DNA from: Candidatus Latescibacterota bacterium
Lineage (GTDB): Bacteria > Latescibacterota > UBA2968
DNA length: 64,000 nucleotides
NCBI GenBank assembly: GCA_965198115.1
Contig: OZ240241.1
Location: 3,040,001 to 3,104,000, forward strand
Direction: 5' to 3'
Shown: positions 61,244 through 64,000 of the stretch, one piece after another
Position numbering within the stretch: the first letter of the stretch is position 1
Layout of the letters: each line of letters starts with the position of its first letter
The notes under the pieces: generated by a model
What the model was told of the DNA's origin: nothing
The model's input: only the letters and a program-made list of their open reading frames with translations
Database searches by the model: none
Position numbers and translations under genes: made by a program

Positions 61244-62479
61244 CACCAGCAGCAGACCATCCGACCTCAGGATCACGGACATGCGGGTTGCGCGTCTGGT
61301 CGACTGCCCGATGAGGTCCAATCTGATCCGGCTGGATACGAATCAGGACATCTATGGGCTCGGCGAGGTGCGGGACGGAGCGAGCGCCATCTACGCGCTG
61401 ATGCTCAAGAGGCAGCTGCTTGGCGAGAACCCCTGCGACGTGGATCGGCTGTTCAGGAAGATCAAGCAATTCGGCGGGCACGCGCGTCAGGGCGGTGGGG
61501 TCTGTGCTGTGGAAATGGCGTTGATGGATTTGCTGGCAAAGCATACGGCGTTCCCGCCTATCAGCTGGCAGGCGGAAGGTTCCGCGATCGAGTGCGCATC
61601 TACTGTGACACCAATTCGACACCCGACGCAGAACAGATGGGCAAACGCCTGCAGGGCAGGATCGAGATGGGCTTCACCTTTCTCAAGATTGACATCGGCC
61701 TGCGCTTACTGAAAGACGTCGACGGCGCCATCTCCGCGCCGGACGGTATGCTCGAAACAACGCAGGTCATGCACCCCTTCACCGGCATCCAGATCACGGA
61801 CAAGGGCATCGACTGGCTCTGTGATTACGTAGCCACCGTTCGAGAATTGATCGGCTACGACATCCCGCTCGCTTCAGACCATTTCGGGCATATGGGCATC
61901 GAATCGTGCATCAGGTTGGGTAAACGCCTGGATCGCTTCAATCTCGCGTGGCTCGAAGACCTGGTCCCCTGGCAGTTCACGAATCAATACGTGAAGCTGT
62001 CAGAAGCGTGCGATACGCCGATCTGCACGGGCGAGGACATCTACCTCAAGGAGGGATTTCAGGATCTGTTCGAGAATCGGGCGATCGCTGTCTGCCATCC
62101 TGATCTCGCCACCTCCGGCGGCATCCTCGAAACAAAAAAGATCGGCGACCTCGCTCAAGACCACGGGATCTCGATGGCGCTTCATATGGCAGCCACCCCT
62201 GTCGCGCAAATGGCCAGCGTGCACTGTGCGGCTGCGACAGAGAACTTTCTCGTGCTGGAAAACCACGCCGTCGATCATCCTGACTGGAACGACCTGGTCA
62301 CGGGCCTGCCCAATCCGATCATCCAGGATGGCTACATCGCCGTCCCGGAAACACCAGGGCTCGGCGTGGACTTGAACGAGGAAGCCATTCGCGCCCACCT
62401 GCATCTGGACTATCCCGGCTACTTCGAACCCACGCCCGAATGGGACGCGGAACCGGTGAACGATCGGCTCTGGAGCTAG
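61230..62479 (+). CDS. Mandelate racemase/muconate lactonizing enzyme family protein (frameshift near 61530)
   Basis: GLGEVRDG and EMALMDL, then FLKID, SDHFGH, WLED, TGED and PGLG motifs. Confidence 0.88.
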
Positions 62480-62604
62480 TAAACCGTAGACCACCTCTCA
62501 CGTCGTTCGAGGCAGGCTACACACACGGAATACACGGACGGGAGGAACTGATCCAGATCGAGACCCTCGGGAAGGACGATCTCACTATGCAGGACGGAAC
62601 CAAA

Positions 62605-62789
62605 ACCACGAGACACACGAAATACACGAACTCGTCGGCCCCGGTACAGAGGAGAGAACACCTCCGGCGGTTCACTTAAAGAGCGAAGAAATTTCAGGTA
62701 CCAACTCCGAATAGGGGAATGATGGAGGCGTGGTAGCAGCAATGGCCTGGGGTTCGCATCCCTTTCGTGTCTTTCGTGTATTTCGTGGT
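62605..62789. repeat. Inverted pair of 9-mer-periodic repeats
   Basis: ACCACGAGACACACGAAATACACGAA (62605-62630) versus TTCGTGTCTTTCGTGTATTTCGTGGT (62764-62789). Related motif at 44355-44380. Confidence 0.7.
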
Positions 62790-62814
62790 AGAGTCTTCAA
62801 AGGCAGGAGTAATC

Positions 62815-63683
62815 ATGATCAACATTGGGATTGTTGGTGCGGAGAACAGTCACACGGTGGCTATTGCACGCATTTTAAACATCCAGAAAAGGTGCCCGGA
62901 TTCAGGCTGACGACGGTGTGGGGAGAATCACGACGCTATGCGATCGATGCGAGCGAACGGGGTGAGATTCCGACCATCGTGAGGGATCCCGCCGATATGA
63001 TCGGCTAGGTCGATGCGGCCATCGTCGACCACAGGCACGCCAAATACCATCTTCCCGCGGTCAAGCCGTTGCTCGAAGCGAAGATCCCTCTGTTCGTCGA
63101 CAAACCCTTTTGTTATCGCGTCGCCGAAGGCAAAGCCTTCCTCGCACGTGCGAAGCGACTGCGGGTGCCCGTCACGTCGTTCTCGGTCCTTCCAAAGCAG
63201 AAAGCGTTCGCCGATCTGAACCGGCAAGTCAAGAAGGTCGGTAGCATCCAATCGGTCGTATCGACAGGACCGTGCGACATCCGATCGAAACACGGAGGTG
63301 TCTTCTTCTACGGAGTCCACTAGGTCGATATGGTCGTCCGCCTTCTGAACCACGACGTGACACACGCAGAAATCCACCGGCACAAGATCAATCACTCGGC
63401 CACGTTTTACTCAGGGTCCGGCGCCGTCTCGACGCTGAACCTGATCAACGAAGGTCGCCCAGCCTTTCACGTTTCCGTCATTGGCGGCAAGGGGCGTGTC
63501 GACGCCGAGATCGCTTATGACGGCAACCCCTATCTGACGGGTGTACGCACATTTTGCAGGATGTTCAGAACGGGAAAAAACGACGAGACGCCGACGACGA
63601 TCTTGACACCCATCGCGGCGATGCAGGCGATGGAAAGATCTCTGAAGACTCGGAAGCGGGTGAAGCTGCCATCGATTGATTGA
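62815..63683 (+). pseudogene. Gfo/Idh/MocA oxidoreductase with one frameshift and two in-frame TAG codons
   Basis: IGIVGAENSH, FVDKP and FFYGVH motifs. TAG at 63006-63008 and 63321-63323. Confidence 0.8.
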
Positions 63684-63735
63684 GTTGAAGGATCTCGTAG
63701 GGCCACGGCACACCGTGGCCCTCCTCAATAGATGA

Positions 63736-63769
63736 AAAAGAGGGCGATCTAGGTCGCCCTCTCTCTTTT
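63736..63769. terminator. Bidirectional terminator
   Basis: AAAAAGAGGGCGATCTAGGTCGCCCTCTCTCTTT between convergent genes. Confidence 0.75.
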
Positions 63770-63783
63770 ACGTGGGCGGCTTG

Positions 63784-64000
63784 CTAGTCGCGGTCGGCTG
63801 GTGCGACCGGCGTCATTCCGAGTCGTTCGTAGAAGTTGGCCTCGGTGGGCACGTAAAGGGGAACACTCTCGGCATCGAACAAGAGATGGTGTGTGGGTGA
63901 GAAGCGGAGCCCTTTTGCCCTGGCGCGCGAAGACAGCTTGAGGATATGGCCCGCGCTGCCCGTCGCCGTCAACAAAGCGACGGCAAAAACCTTGGGCTTG
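63784..64000 (-). CDS. C-terminus of a DNA polymerase X-like protein (partial)
   Basis: TATGSAGH...ARAKG...TEANFYERLGMTPVAPADR resembles the PolX thumb motif. Confidence 0.65.
   Translation of the reverse strand, partial: KPKVFAVALLTATGSAGHILKLSSRARAKGLRFSPTHHLLFDAESVPLYVPTEANFYERLGMTPVAPADRD

Noticed and set aside
62815-63683. Amber recoding or pyrrolysine
   Set aside because: TAG ends many normal genes here (e.g. 433, 9114, 62479), no pyl genes are visible, and both cases fit CCAGG-to-CTAGG changes.

Overview
GC-rich bacterial chromosomal segment. Its gene content (DUF6785-type membrane protein, three sulfatase-fold enzymes, many sugar/acid oxidoreductases) suggests an uncultured heterotroph such as Latescibacterota; this is inference only. 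It carries rlmD, rhaB, SMUG1, an EndoQ/PHP nuclease, a beta-CASP hydrolase, a dppABC transporter and a large catabolic region. Seven IS copies are resolved to the base: 3 ISL3, 2 IS256, 1 IS1595 and 1 ISAzo13-family. Four of them form a nested stack inside a ManD-type dehydratase gene. Many genes have 1-nt frameshifts, often at homopolymers, probably long-read errors. Best novel candidates: (1) a ~300-nt pseudoknotted ncRNA between a sigma28-type promoter and a terminator (2543-2877); (2) a stand-alone ~240-nt transcript with a 16-nt complement of the 16S rRNA 3' tail and an 11-codon ORF, split by IS256 (34193-35848); (3) a HEPN-motif passenger gene in the IS1595 element; (4) a DUF6785 + degenerate-M28/FtsX membrane system; (5) a BpsA-like + DUF2156 operon; (6) a bacterial OSGIN-like flavoprotein. 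No rRNA, tRNA or CRISPR array was recognised. All family calls come from motif recognition, not database searches.
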